From assembly GCA_965200265.1 (NCBI GenBank), contig OZ241357.1:2519816-2583815 (forward strand): a stretch of DNA of 64,000 nt, given 5' to 3'. Source of the DNA: Alphaproteobacteria bacterium (GTDB lineage Bacteria; Pseudomonadota; Alphaproteobacteria; UBA2966). Of this stretch, positions 22,078 through 30,551 are shown piece after piece; position 1 is the stretch's first letter; each line of letters starts with the position of its first letter. Below the pieces are notes generated by a model. It saw only the letters and a list, made by a program, of their open reading frames with translations, did not search any database and was not told the DNA's origin. Position numbers and translations under genes: made by a program.

Positions 22078-22842
22078 ATGGCCAAGGCTCTGGTTCTGGT
22101 GCCCTTCGCGCTCGACGAGAGCGGCATCGCCAACCGGCGCGCCCAGCTCGACCACGTCCGCCTGGGCCCGGACATCGCGTTCGACTTCCGCGGCGTCACG
22201 GCCGGCCCGAAGAGCTACGTGAGCCCGCACGACTTCGTGCTGATGGACATGGCGATCTTCGAGGCCGGGATGCGGGCGCAGGACGAGGGCTACGACGCCG
22301 TCTGCATCGACACCATGAGCGATTCGGGCCTCGACGCGCTCCGGTCGGTGCTCGACATTCCGGTGATCGCGCCGGGGAAGGCGGCGATGCTGTTCTGCCT
22401 GACGCTCGGCGAGAAGTTCTCCATCCTCTGTCAATGGGACTACGCCGTCGCGCGGACCACCAAGATGATCCGCGCGCTGGGGCTCGAGGACTTCTGCGCC
22501 GCCGTCGTGAACTACGACGCGCCGCCGGACTACGCCGGCCTGCTCGACGGCAAGGAGGACACGGTCTTCCCCAGGATGAAGGCGGCGTGCGACGAGGCGA
22601 TGGCGGCGGGGGCGGACGTGATCTGCCTGGGATCGACGACCATGCACCAGGCGGCCGAGTACCTGGCCGCGAACCTGCCCGTCCCCGTCGTCAATCCGGG
22701 TCCGCTGACCTACAAGCTCGTCGAGTCCGTCCTCGATCTCGCGCTCACGCACAGCCGCAAGGCCTATCCCAGGCCCCTCGACCCGCGGCCCGGCATGATC
22801 CACGCCATGCTCGCGGCCGGGAAGGCGTCGCCGGACGGGTAG
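22078..22842 (+). CDS. Asp/Glu/hydantoin racemase family protein (paralog 2)
   Basis: Same motif set as paralog 1 (AVCIDTMSDSG ... VICLGSTTMHQ; PVVNPGPLTYKL). Confidence 0.8.
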   Translation: MAKALVLVPFALDESGIANRRAQLDHVRLGPDIAFDFRGVTAGPKSYVSPHDFVLMDMAIFEAGMRAQDEGYDAVCIDTMSDSGLDALRSVLDIPVIAPGKAAMLFCLTLGEKFSILCQWDYAVARTTKMIRALGLEDFCAAVVNYDAPPDYAGLLDGKEDTVFPRMKAACDEAMAAGADVICLGSTTMHQAAEYLAANLPVPVVNPGPLTYKLVESVLDLALTHSRKAYPRPLDPRPGMIHAMLAAGKASPDG

Positions 22843-22886
22843 TCCGGGTCTCCCGGGACGGTCTTGAGAACCATCGGAACGGCCGG

Positions 22887-25358
22887 ATGAAACGAACCGT
22901 CCGAGTTGCGGGGATCTTCGCGGCGGTGCTGGCGTGCTCCATCGCCGCCGGGTGCGGAGGAGGCGGCGGCGGGGCCGGCCCGCAGCAGGCGTCGCGTCAA
23001 CCGGCACCGGAACCGGAGACCACGGAGACCGAAGCGGAACGGGCCGCGCGGGAAGAGGCCGCCCGGCAGGCGGAGGCGGAGCGCGCGGCCCAGGAAGAAG
23101 AGATGCAGCGGCGGCAAATGGAGGAGGACCAGCGAAGGGCGCGCGAGGCGGCACTCCAGCAGGAGCTGGAACGCATAGACAGACTGGACCTGACCGTGAA
23201 CCTGTCGGCGGTCGGCGTCCGCGAGGCTCACAAGAACGTCGTCCGCGCGAGCGGCGGCCCCGTGCCCTTCGGCGCCGACATCACCATCGGCTTCATCGAC
23301 ACCGGCATCGAGCCGACGCACCCCGCGTTCGCCCCCGGCGCCCGGACCGTGACCGAGGAGCCACTGGAAACAGGAGCGGGCGATCCGGCCAGCAGTTTCA
23401 CGCCCCCCGAAAGATCCCCGCCCGGAGGGTCCTCCCACGGGACGGCGGTCGCCAGCGTCGCCGCCGGTGCGGCCCGCAACGTGATTATCGAGTCGCGTAC
23501 CGAGTCGCGGCAAGGCGTGGCCCCCGGCGCGAACGTCAGGATGTTCGCGATCACGCTGGGTTCGGGGGGGGGGGACTACCAGGAAGTGACCTTGGCCGGC
23601 CTGGAGCGCTTTTCACGGAGATTCGGAGGCTTTCTGAGCCACGCCCTCTCCCAAGACGTCGATGTCCTGAACATGAGCCTCAGCGTCTCCGGAATCATCG
23701 ATCATTATTCGGAGGCGGACCTGCAAGGCCGCATGACGGCGCTCGTCAGCGCGGCGGCGCAGGAGGCAAAAGCCGAGAACAAGACGATCCTCGTCTGGTC
23801 CGCCGGCAACCTGCACGGCGACCCTTGTATGAGCGGGCAGGCTTGCGATACCGGGACCAGAAAAGTCGATGCCCGGTCGGTGACCGTATCCGCCGGGCTC
23901 CCGCTGCGTTTTCCGGAGGAGTTGCGCGGCCACTGGATCGCCGTGGCGGCGGTGGACGACGCCGGCGTCATCGCCAGCTTCTCCAACCGCTGCGGGAGCG
24001 CCGCCGGATTCTGCATCGCAGCTCCCGGAGTGGGCGTCCCGACCGCCTATTACGGGTATCACGATCCCAGCGGCGGCGTCGTCATCGGCGAGGGCAGGGG
24101 CAGCGGAACGTCGTTCGCCGCGCCTACGGTGGCGGGCGGCCTCGCGCTCATGAAGCAGCTCTTCCGCGGCCAGCTGTCCAGCGAGGCGCTGGTCGCGCGG
24201 CTGTTCACGACCGCCAACAGGGACGGCCGCTACGCCGACCGGAGCGTCTACGGCCAGGGGCTGATGGACCTCGGCGCGGCGACGGCGCCGGTGGGCGCGA
24301 TGACGGTCGCCGGCGGCGCCTCGGTCGCGGGCGGCGGCGCCAACCTGCGGGAGACCGGCCTCGCGCTCGGGCCGGCGTTCGGCGACGGGCTCGCGGCGGC
24401 GCTGACGGGGCGGGAGATCGCCGCCTTCGATTCGCTGGGCGCGCCGTTCTGGTTCGACCTCGGCGGCCTCGTCGCCGTCACGGACCCCTCCCCCCCTCTC
24501 CTCCTGGCTCGCCGACTCCGCGCGCTGACGGCGCCGGCCGCGCGCCGCTCCGCTTCGGCGCCGGGCTGGACGGCGCTGACCTTCGATGCCGGCGGCGCCG
24601 GGACCGCCGGCGCCGGAGGCCCGCGGATGGGCCTTCTCGGGGCCGGAACGGACGCGCCGCCGGCCGGCCACCTCGCGCTCGCCGACGGCGCCCTCGCCGC
24701 CGCCTTCGATCCCGGCGCGGGGCTCGCCGCGACCGCCTTCACCAACCGCGGCGCGGGCAACCAGCCGCCGGTCTCGGGCGGCGCGCTGTCGTGGCGTGCG
24801 GCCGGCGCGCCGGCGGGGCTCACGGCCGGCTGGCTGACGGAGAGCGCGGAGCTGCTCGGGACCGGCGCGACCGGCGCCTTCGGCAGGCTGGCGGCCGACA
24901 CGACGTTCCTCGGAGTCGACGCGAACCTGGCCGTCGGCCCCTGGGCGGTCTCCGCCACCGGCGAGATCGGGGCGGCGGCGGCGCGCAACCGGCGCGGCGG
25001 CCTCGTCGCCGGCCTCTCGCCCCTGACGACGAGCGCCTTCGCGCTCGACGCGACGCGCCGCCTCGCGGACGGAAGCTCCGTGCGCCTGACGCTGGCGCAG
25101 CCGTTGCGGGTCGAGAACGGCCGCGCGACGTTCTCCGTTCCCGTCGGCCGCACGCGAGGCGGCGCCGTCCAGCGCCGGTCGGTCGTGGCCGGCCTCGAGC
25201 CGTCGGGCCGCCAGATCGACGTCACGGCGCAATGGCGGCGGCCGTTCGCGGCGGGCGGCGACGTCGCGCTCGGAGTCGCGTGGACGCACGCCCCCGGTCA
25301 CGCGGCCGGTGCGAAGCCGGACCTCGCCGTCATGGCGGGATGGCGACTCGCCTTCTGA
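22887..25358 (+). CDS. Lipoprotein subtilisin-like (S8) serine protease with autotransporter-type C-terminal domain
   Basis: Lipobox (AVLACSIAAGC); S8 catalytic motifs IGFIDTGIEPTHPAF (Asp), GHGTAVASVAAG (His), GTSFAAPTVAGG (Ser); Ala/Gly-rich C-terminal half ending ...MAGWRLAF (aromatic C-terminus typical of OM beta-barrels); 11-nt G run at 23564-23574. Confidence 0.8.
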   Translation: MKRTVRVAGIFAAVLACSIAAGCGGGGGGAGPQQASRQPAPEPETTETEAERAAREEAARQAEAERAAQEEEMQRRQMEEDQRRAREAALQQELERIDRLDLTVNLSAVGVREAHKNVVRASGGPVPFGADITIGFIDTGIEPTHPAFAPGARTVTEEPLETGAGDPASSFTPPERSPPGGSSHGTAVASVAAGAARNVIIESRTESRQGVAPGANVRMFAITLGSGGGDYQEVTLAGLERFSRRFGGFLSHALSQDVDVLNMSLSVSGIIDHYSEADLQGRMTALVSAAAQEAKAENKTILVWSAGNLHGDPCMSGQACDTGTRKVDARSVTVSAGLPLRFPEELRGHWIAVAAVDDAGVIASFSNRCGSAAGFCIAAPGVGVPTAYYGYHDPSGGVVIGEGRGSGTSFAAPTVAGGLALMKQLFRGQLSSEALVARLFTTANRDGRYADRSVYGQGLMDLGAATAPVGAMTVAGGASVAGGGANLRETGLALGPAFGDGLAAALTGREIAAFDSLGAPFWFDLGGLVAVTDPSPPLLLARRLRALTAPAARRSASAPGWTALTFDAGGAGTAGAGGPRMGLLGAGTDAPPAGHLALADGALAAAFDPGAGLAATAFTNRGAGNQPPVSGGALSWRAAGAPAGLTAGWLTESAELLGTGATGAFGRLAADTTFLGVDANLAVGPWAVSATGEIGAAAARNRRGGLVAGLSPLTTSAFALDATRRLADGSSVRLTLAQPLRVENGRATFSVPVGRTRGGAVQRRSVVAGLEPSGRQIDVTAQWRRPFAAGGDVALGVAWTHAPGHAAGAKPDLAVMAGWRLAF

Positions 25359-25633
25359 CCGGCTCGGGCGAGAGCCAGGGCAATCGCACTTGAAAACCGG
25401 GGACGCCGTTTGCGAGCCGATTCCCCGCCAAATCGGGCAAGATGAGCGAGGCTTTGGCGTTTTCACCCTTATGTTCGCACTTTGTCTTGCTCCGAATGTC
25501 ACAAGATTCCCACGGAATTTCCAAGTGCGATTGCCCTGGGCGAGAGCGCGTTGACCGGCGCGGCGCGAGAACGTATCTTGCGAGATGGGAACCGCCCGTT
25601 CCGCCGTCGATGCTTCCCGAAGAGGGAGTTGCA

Positions 25634-26182
25634 ATGAAGCACCTGGAGATCAACTGGACCGCCGTCGCCACCGTTCTTACGGGCCTCAGCGTCGTCGTCG
25701 CCCTCGGCGCTCTTCAGTTTTTGCTGACGGAGAGCACGAACGCCCGGATCGACACCCTGCGTTCGGACGTGAACGGGGAAATCCGCACCTTGCGTTCGGA
25801 CGTGAACGGGGGAATCGGTGCCCTGCGTTCGGAGGTGGGCGAGGGAATCCGCACCCTGCGTTCGGAGGTGAGCGGGGAAATCGTCGCCCTGCGTTCGGAG
25901 GTGAGCGAGGAAATCCGCGTCCTGCGTTCGGACGTGAGCGAGGAAATCCGCACCTTGCGTTCGGAGGTGAACGGGGAAATCGGCGCGCTTCGGGAGGAAG
26001 TGACCGGCGAGATCAATTCGCTGCGGTCGAACCTGCGGGAGGAGTCCGCGTCCAATCGAGAGAGGATCAAGGAGTTCGCTCGGGCGACGGCGGCTCTCAT
26101 CATGAAGGTGAACTCCATCGAGGAGAAAATCCTGCCGGAGAGCCGCGCGGACGATGACGCACCGCCGCCCGACGGGGAGTGA
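25634..26182 (+). CDS. N-terminally membrane-anchored protein made of 11-residue tandem repeats (LRSEVxGEIxx)
   Basis: RBS AGGGAG 7 nt upstream; TM helix WTAVATVLTGLSVVVALGALQFLL then about 8 copies of RTLRSDVNGEI-like 11-mers, acidic C-terminus. Confidence 0.7.
   Translation: MKHLEINWTAVATVLTGLSVVVALGALQFLLTESTNARIDTLRSDVNGEIRTLRSDVNGGIGALRSEVGEGIRTLRSEVSGEIVALRSEVSEEIRVLRSDVSEEIRTLRSEVNGEIGALREEVTGEINSLRSNLREESASNRERIKEFARATAALIMKVNSIEEKILPESRADDDAPPPDGE
25752..26040 (+). repeat. 33-bp in-frame tandem repeat array (about 8.5 units) inside the repeat-protein gene
   Basis: Consensus unit ctgcgttcggasgtgarcggggaaatccgcacc repeated head-to-tail with point differences. Confidence 0.9.
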
Positions 26183-26264
26183 GGCGCGGCCGGCCCGGAG
26201 CGACGGGCGACGGTAGGGCCGGAGACCCCCGTCAGCGTCCTGCCCGGAAGGCCGGGACGAGCCC

Positions 26265-27200
26265 CTACCGGGCGCGCTCCCGCTCCGGCGGCGCGTACCG
26301 TTCCTCGAGCGCGGCCACCTCGTTCATCCCCATGAGGCTCAGCATCTCGTCGAAGGCGGGCAGGTCCGCCTCCATGCCGGCCCAGGTTCCCTCCTCCCTG
26401 AGACGGTCGAGGCAGCCCAGCGCCGCACGGATGGCCGACAGCAGGAGCAGGCCGGGATAGATCGCGAGCTTGAACCCGAGCGTCCCCAACTCCCCGGCGG
26501 GCAACAGCGGCGTCTTGCGGCTGGACGCCAGGTTGGCGACCTGGGGGACGCCGAAGGCGCGCCCGATCCTCGCCATCTGCCGCCTGTCCGTCGGCGCCTC
26601 GACGAACAGCATGTCGGCGCCGGCCTCCTCGTACAGGGCGGCGCGGGCGAGCGCCGCGTCGAACCCTTCCACGGCAATGGCGTCGGTGCGGGCGATGACG
26701 ACGAAATCGGGGTCCGTCCTCGCGTCCACCGCCGCCTTGACCTTGGCCACCATCTCCTCCGCCGGAACGAGCTGCTTGCCGGCGAAGTGGCCGCAGCGCT
26801 TCGGGATGACCTGGTCCTCGATGTGGACGGCGGCGACTCCGGCCCGTTCGTAGCTGCGGATCGCGCGGCGGACGTTCAACGGCCCGCCGTAGCCGTTGTC
26901 GCCATCGGCGACGACGGGCAGCCCCGAGGCATCCACGATGCGCGCCGCGTTGTCGACCATCTCCGTCATGGTCAGCAGGCCGACGTCGGGCATCCCGAGA
27001 CGCACGGCCGTCGTCCCGGCGCCGGTCATGTAGACGGCCGGGAACCCCTTGTGGGCGACGAGCCGGGCATGGAAGGGATCCGGCGCCCCCGGCGCCATGA
27101 CGACGTCCGGGCCGGCCAGCAACCGGCGAAAGGCGGCGGCGTTCGTCACGGTCCCGACCTCCCGGAAAGGCGTTCCGGCGACATGGAGCGACTTTACCAC
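26265..27200 (-). CDS. Isocitrate lyase/PEP mutase family protein (carboxyvinyl-carboxyphosphonate phosphorylmutase / 2-methylisocitrate-lyase-like)
   Basis: ICL/PEPM superfamily motifs (GAPDPFHARL, VADGDNGYG, AAVHIEDQVIPKRCGH, FVIARTDA). Confidence 0.8.
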   Translation of the reverse strand: MVKSLHVAGTPFREVGTVTNAAAFRRLLAGPDVVMAPGAPDPFHARLVAHKGFPAVYMTGAGTTAVRLGMPDVGLLTMTEMVDNAARIVDASGLPVVADGDNGYGGPLNVRRAIRSYERAGVAAVHIEDQVIPKRCGHFAGKQLVPAEEMVAKVKAAVDARTDPDFVVIARTDAIAVEGFDAALARAALYEEAGADMLFVEAPTDRRQMARIGRAFGVPQVANLASSRKTPLLPAGELGTLGFKLAIYPGLLLLSAIRAALGCLDRLREEGTWAGMEADLPAFDEMLSLMGMNEVAALEERYAPPERERAR

Positions 27201-27259
27201 CCCCGCTCCGCCCGGTAACGTTGCGTTGCCGCGCGGCGCGAAGGGGGAAGGGACGGCTC

Positions 27260-27949
27260 ATGGAACTCTCGGACAAGACCGCCCGCCGGATGTGGGAGGA
27301 GCTCAAGGCCAATCCGAAGCCGCGTTTCGGTTTCGGCAGGCGGCCGATGGTCGTGAACGTCGACGTCCAGAAGTCGTTCACGCTGGAGGATGAATACACG
27401 TCCGCCTATTCGACGCACCCCAGGCAGATCGACTACATCAACGAGATCTCCGGCATCGCCCGGTCGAAGAACCTGCCCGTCGTGTGGACCTACGTCGCCT
27501 ACATGGAGAACGCCGACGACTGCGGCGTCTGGGGAACCCGGAACGACCACGAGGACGCCCTCCAGAACGTCAAGGTCGGCTCGCGCAAGGCGGAGCTCGA
27601 CGACCGCTGCGACGTCGACCGCGGCAACGATGTCGTCATCAACAAGCGGGGCGCCTCGGCGTTCTTCCAGACGCACCTGCCCTCGCTCTGCGTGTGGTAC
27701 CGGACCGACACCGTCATCGTGACGGGCGGGTCGACCTCCGGCTGCGTGCGCGCGACGGTGGTGGACAGCCTTCAGAGCGGCTACCGCACCGTCGTCCCCG
27801 AGGAGTGCACCTCGGACCGGCACGAGAGTCCGCACTTCGCCAACCTCTACGACATGGCCGCGAAGTACGCCGACGTGATACCGGCCCGGGAGGTGATCGA
27901 CCATCTCAACGAATACGTCCCGGCGAACGACCCGGGAGGACGGTCATGA
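27260..27949 (+). CDS. Isochorismatase-family cysteine hydrolase (paralog 1)
   Basis: MVVNVDVQKSF..., catalytic-Cys region VIVTGGSTSGCVRATVVD; stop overlaps next gene start (ATGA). Confidence 0.8.
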   Translation: MELSDKTARRMWEELKANPKPRFGFGRRPMVVNVDVQKSFTLEDEYTSAYSTHPRQIDYINEISGIARSKNLPVVWTYVAYMENADDCGVWGTRNDHEDALQNVKVGSRKAELDDRCDVDRGNDVVINKRGASAFFQTHLPSLCVWYRTDTVIVTGGSTSGCVRATVVDSLQSGYRTVVPEECTSDRHESPHFANLYDMAAKYADVIPAREVIDHLNEYVPANDPGGRS

Positions 27950-28866
27950 CGGTCAGCGACCCCGGCATCTACGCGTACTCGCCGTACAACGACCGGCCCC
28001 GGATCACGTGGCCGGACGGCGCCCGCGTCGCCTTCTGGGTGGCGCCCAACATCGAGTTCTACGAGGCCCGTCCGCCCGCCAACCCGGTTCGCCAAGACAT
28101 GTCGAGGCCGGCGCCCGACGTCGTCTTCTACGCGCACCGCGACTACGGCAACCGGGTCGGCGTCTGGCGCATGATGGAGGCGATGGACCGTTACGGCGTG
28201 CGCGGCAGCGTGTCCCTCAACGTGGCCGTCTGCGACCATCATCCCGAGATCATCGAGGCGTGCGTCGAGCGCGGCTGGGAGCTGTTCTCCCACGGCGTCT
28301 ACAACACCCGCTACCAGTACGGCATGAGCGAGGCGCAGCACCGCGCGCTCATCGAGGACGCGATCGAGACCATCGACAGGGCGTCCGGCCAGAAGCTGGC
28401 CGGCTGGCTGTCGCCGGCGCTGAGCAACACGGAACGGACGCTCGACCTGCTGGCGGAGTACGGGGTGCTGTACACCTGCGATCTCTTCCACGACGACCAG
28501 CCGCAACCCGTCAAGGTCAGGCAGGGCCGGCTGATCAGCATCCCCTACTCGCTGGAGATGAACGACATCGTGGTCTACCACCAGATCAACTCGAGCCCGC
28601 CGCGCCAGTACACCGAGGTGATCAAGCGGCAGTTCGACCAGCTCTACGAGGAAGGGGCGGAGAACGGCACCGTCATGTGCATCCCGCTGCATCCGTTCCT
28701 CGTCGGCCAGCCGCACCGGGTCGGTCCGTTCGCCGAGGCGCTCGAATACATCACCGGCCACGACGGCGTCTGGGTGACGACGGGACGCGAGATCGCCGAG
28801 TACTACCTCGAACACCACTACGACGACGTCGTCGCGGCCCAGTCCGCCGCCACCGCCGGGGAGTGA
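27946..28866 (+). CDS. Polysaccharide deacetylase (NodB-homology/PuuE-like) family protein (paralog 1)
   Basis: VAFWVAPNIEFYE...HRDYGNRVGVWR...SHGVYN motifs of CE4/PuuE-like fold; 306 aa. Confidence 0.8.
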   Translation: MTVSDPGIYAYSPYNDRPRITWPDGARVAFWVAPNIEFYEARPPANPVRQDMSRPAPDVVFYAHRDYGNRVGVWRMMEAMDRYGVRGSVSLNVAVCDHHPEIIEACVERGWELFSHGVYNTRYQYGMSEAQHRALIEDAIETIDRASGQKLAGWLSPALSNTERTLDLLAEYGVLYTCDLFHDDQPQPVKVRQGRLISIPYSLEMNDIVVYHQINSSPPRQYTEVIKRQFDQLYEEGAENGTVMCIPLHPFLVGQPHRVGPFAEALEYITGHDGVWVTTGREIAEYYLEHHYDDVVAAQSAATAGE

Positions 28867-28870
28867 CGCC

Positions 28871-29794
28871 ATGAGCCTGCCCGACGATTACCTCGAGTAC
28901 CCGATCCGCGGCTACGGGATGGACCACGACCGCTACGGCTGGGAGATCCTGTTCCGCAGGACGCCCGTCGAATGGCCGGGCGGCGCGCGCGTGGCGTTGT
29001 GGATCACGCCGCTGCTGCAATGGTTCCCGATGGACATGGAGACCGGGCCGGTGGCGCCGCCCGGCGGATTCAACCGGCCCTATCCCGACTACCGGAACTA
29101 CTCCCACCGCGACTACGGCCTGCGCGTCGGCGTCTTCCGCTTCTTCAGGCTCTTCGACGCGCTCGGGATCAAGGCGTCGGCGGCGCTGAACTCCGCCGTC
29201 GGCGAGCGCTACCCGGTCGTCGTCGACGAGATCAACCGGCGCGGCTGGGAGGTCATCGCCCACGGCGTGCACATGGGCCACGTGAGCCACGGGGGCATGG
29301 ACGAGAAACTGGAGGCCGGGCGCGTCGAAAGCTGCATCCGGTCGCTGCGCGAGACCACGGGCCAGCCGGTCCGGGGCTGGCTGTCCATCGGCAAGTCCGA
29401 ATCGGACAACACCCCCGACCTTCTGGCCGCGAACGGGATCGAGTATCAGTGCGACTGGTGCAACGACGACATGCCGTACCGCTTCGCGACCGGGAACGGC
29501 GATCTCTTCGCCATGCCCCACACGGTCGAGCTCGACGACCGGGAGGTGCTGCTGCGCTTCCATCACCGCGAGGCGGAGTTCGTGCAGCAGATCAAGGACC
29601 AGTTCGACGTGCTCCACGCCGAGGCCGAGCGGTACGGCGGGCGGATCCTGTCGATCGCCCTGCATCCGTGGGTCATGGGACACCCCTACCGGATCCGTTA
29701 TCTCCGGGAGGCCCTGGAATACGTCCTCGGACACGACGGCGTCTGGCCCGCGACGGGGGCGGAGATCCTCGACGCCTGCAAGGCGCAGGCGTAG
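28871..29794 (+). CDS. Polysaccharide deacetylase (NodB-homology/PuuE-like) family protein (paralog 2)
   Basis: VALWITPLLQWF...HRDYGLRVGVFR...AHGVHMGHV; 307 aa, paralogous to the preceding gene. Confidence 0.8.
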   Translation: MSLPDDYLEYPIRGYGMDHDRYGWEILFRRTPVEWPGGARVALWITPLLQWFPMDMETGPVAPPGGFNRPYPDYRNYSHRDYGLRVGVFRFFRLFDALGIKASAALNSAVGERYPVVVDEINRRGWEVIAHGVHMGHVSHGGMDEKLEAGRVESCIRSLRETTGQPVRGWLSIGKSESDNTPDLLAANGIEYQCDWCNDDMPYRFATGNGDLFAMPHTVELDDREVLLRFHHREAEFVQQIKDQFDVLHAEAERYGGRILSIALHPWVMGHPYRIRYLREALEYVLGHDGVWPATGAEILDACKAQA

Positions 29795-29844
29795 GCGGCG
29801 GTCCACGCTACGAACGAGGCCGGAGCGGCGGAAAGGGCGAACCC

Positions 29845-30522
29845 ATGGAACTCTCGAACAAGACGGCCCGGCAGATGTACGAGGACCTGAAGTCGGCGCC
29901 GCCCAGGCGCAGGTTCGGCTTCGGCCGCAAGCCCATCATCGTCAATGTCGACGTGCAGAGCGCCTTCACGCTCGAGGAGGAGTACGACTCCGCCTATTCC
30001 ACCGATCCCGGACAGATGGCGTACATCAACCAGATCTGCGGAATCGCGCGGTCGAAGGGACTGCCGGTCGCGTGGTGCTACGTCGCCTACATGGAGAACG
30101 GACACGATTGCGGCGTGCGCGGCACCCGCAGCGACGGCCCGACCGCCCTCCAGAACATAAAGATCGGATCGAGGATGGCCGACCTCGACCCCCGGCTGAC
30201 CGTCGACGAGGGCCGCGACGTGATCTACCGAAAGGTCGGCGCGTCGGCCTTCTTCCAGACGCATCTGCCGTCGCTCTGCGTCTGGTACGGCGTCGACACG
30301 GTGATCGTCACCGGCGGCTCGACCTCGGGGTGCATCCGCTCGACGGTGCTCGACAGCGTGCAGCACGGCTACCGCACCATCGTGCCCGAGGAGTGCGTCG
30401 CCGACGTGCACGAAAGCCCGCACTTCCAGAACCTCTACGACATGGCCAGGAAGTACGCCGACGTCGTCCCGGTCGCCGAGGTCGTCGACTACCTCGACGG
30501 CTACGTCCCGGCGAACGGGTAG
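29845..30522 (+). CDS. Isochorismatase-family cysteine hydrolase (paralog 2)
   Basis: MELSNKTARQMYEDL... near-collinear with paralog 1 (IIVNVDVQSAF, VIVTGGSTSGCIRSTVLD). Confidence 0.8.
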   Translation: MELSNKTARQMYEDLKSAPPRRRFGFGRKPIIVNVDVQSAFTLEEEYDSAYSTDPGQMAYINQICGIARSKGLPVAWCYVAYMENGHDCGVRGTRSDGPTALQNIKIGSRMADLDPRLTVDEGRDVIYRKVGASAFFQTHLPSLCVWYGVDTVIVTGGSTSGCIRSTVLDSVQHGYRTIVPEECVADVHESPHFQNLYDMARKYADVVPVAEVVDYLDGYVPANG

Positions 30523-30551
30523 CCGGGCGCGCGGCGGCCCGGCGGCCGGCG

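Noticed and set aside
26182-26265. Bidirectional terminator between the repeat-protein gene and the ICL/PEPM gene (cccggaaggccggg).
   Set aside because: Only a 5-bp stem could be found by eye and there is no U-rich tail. It is too weak to call without folding software.
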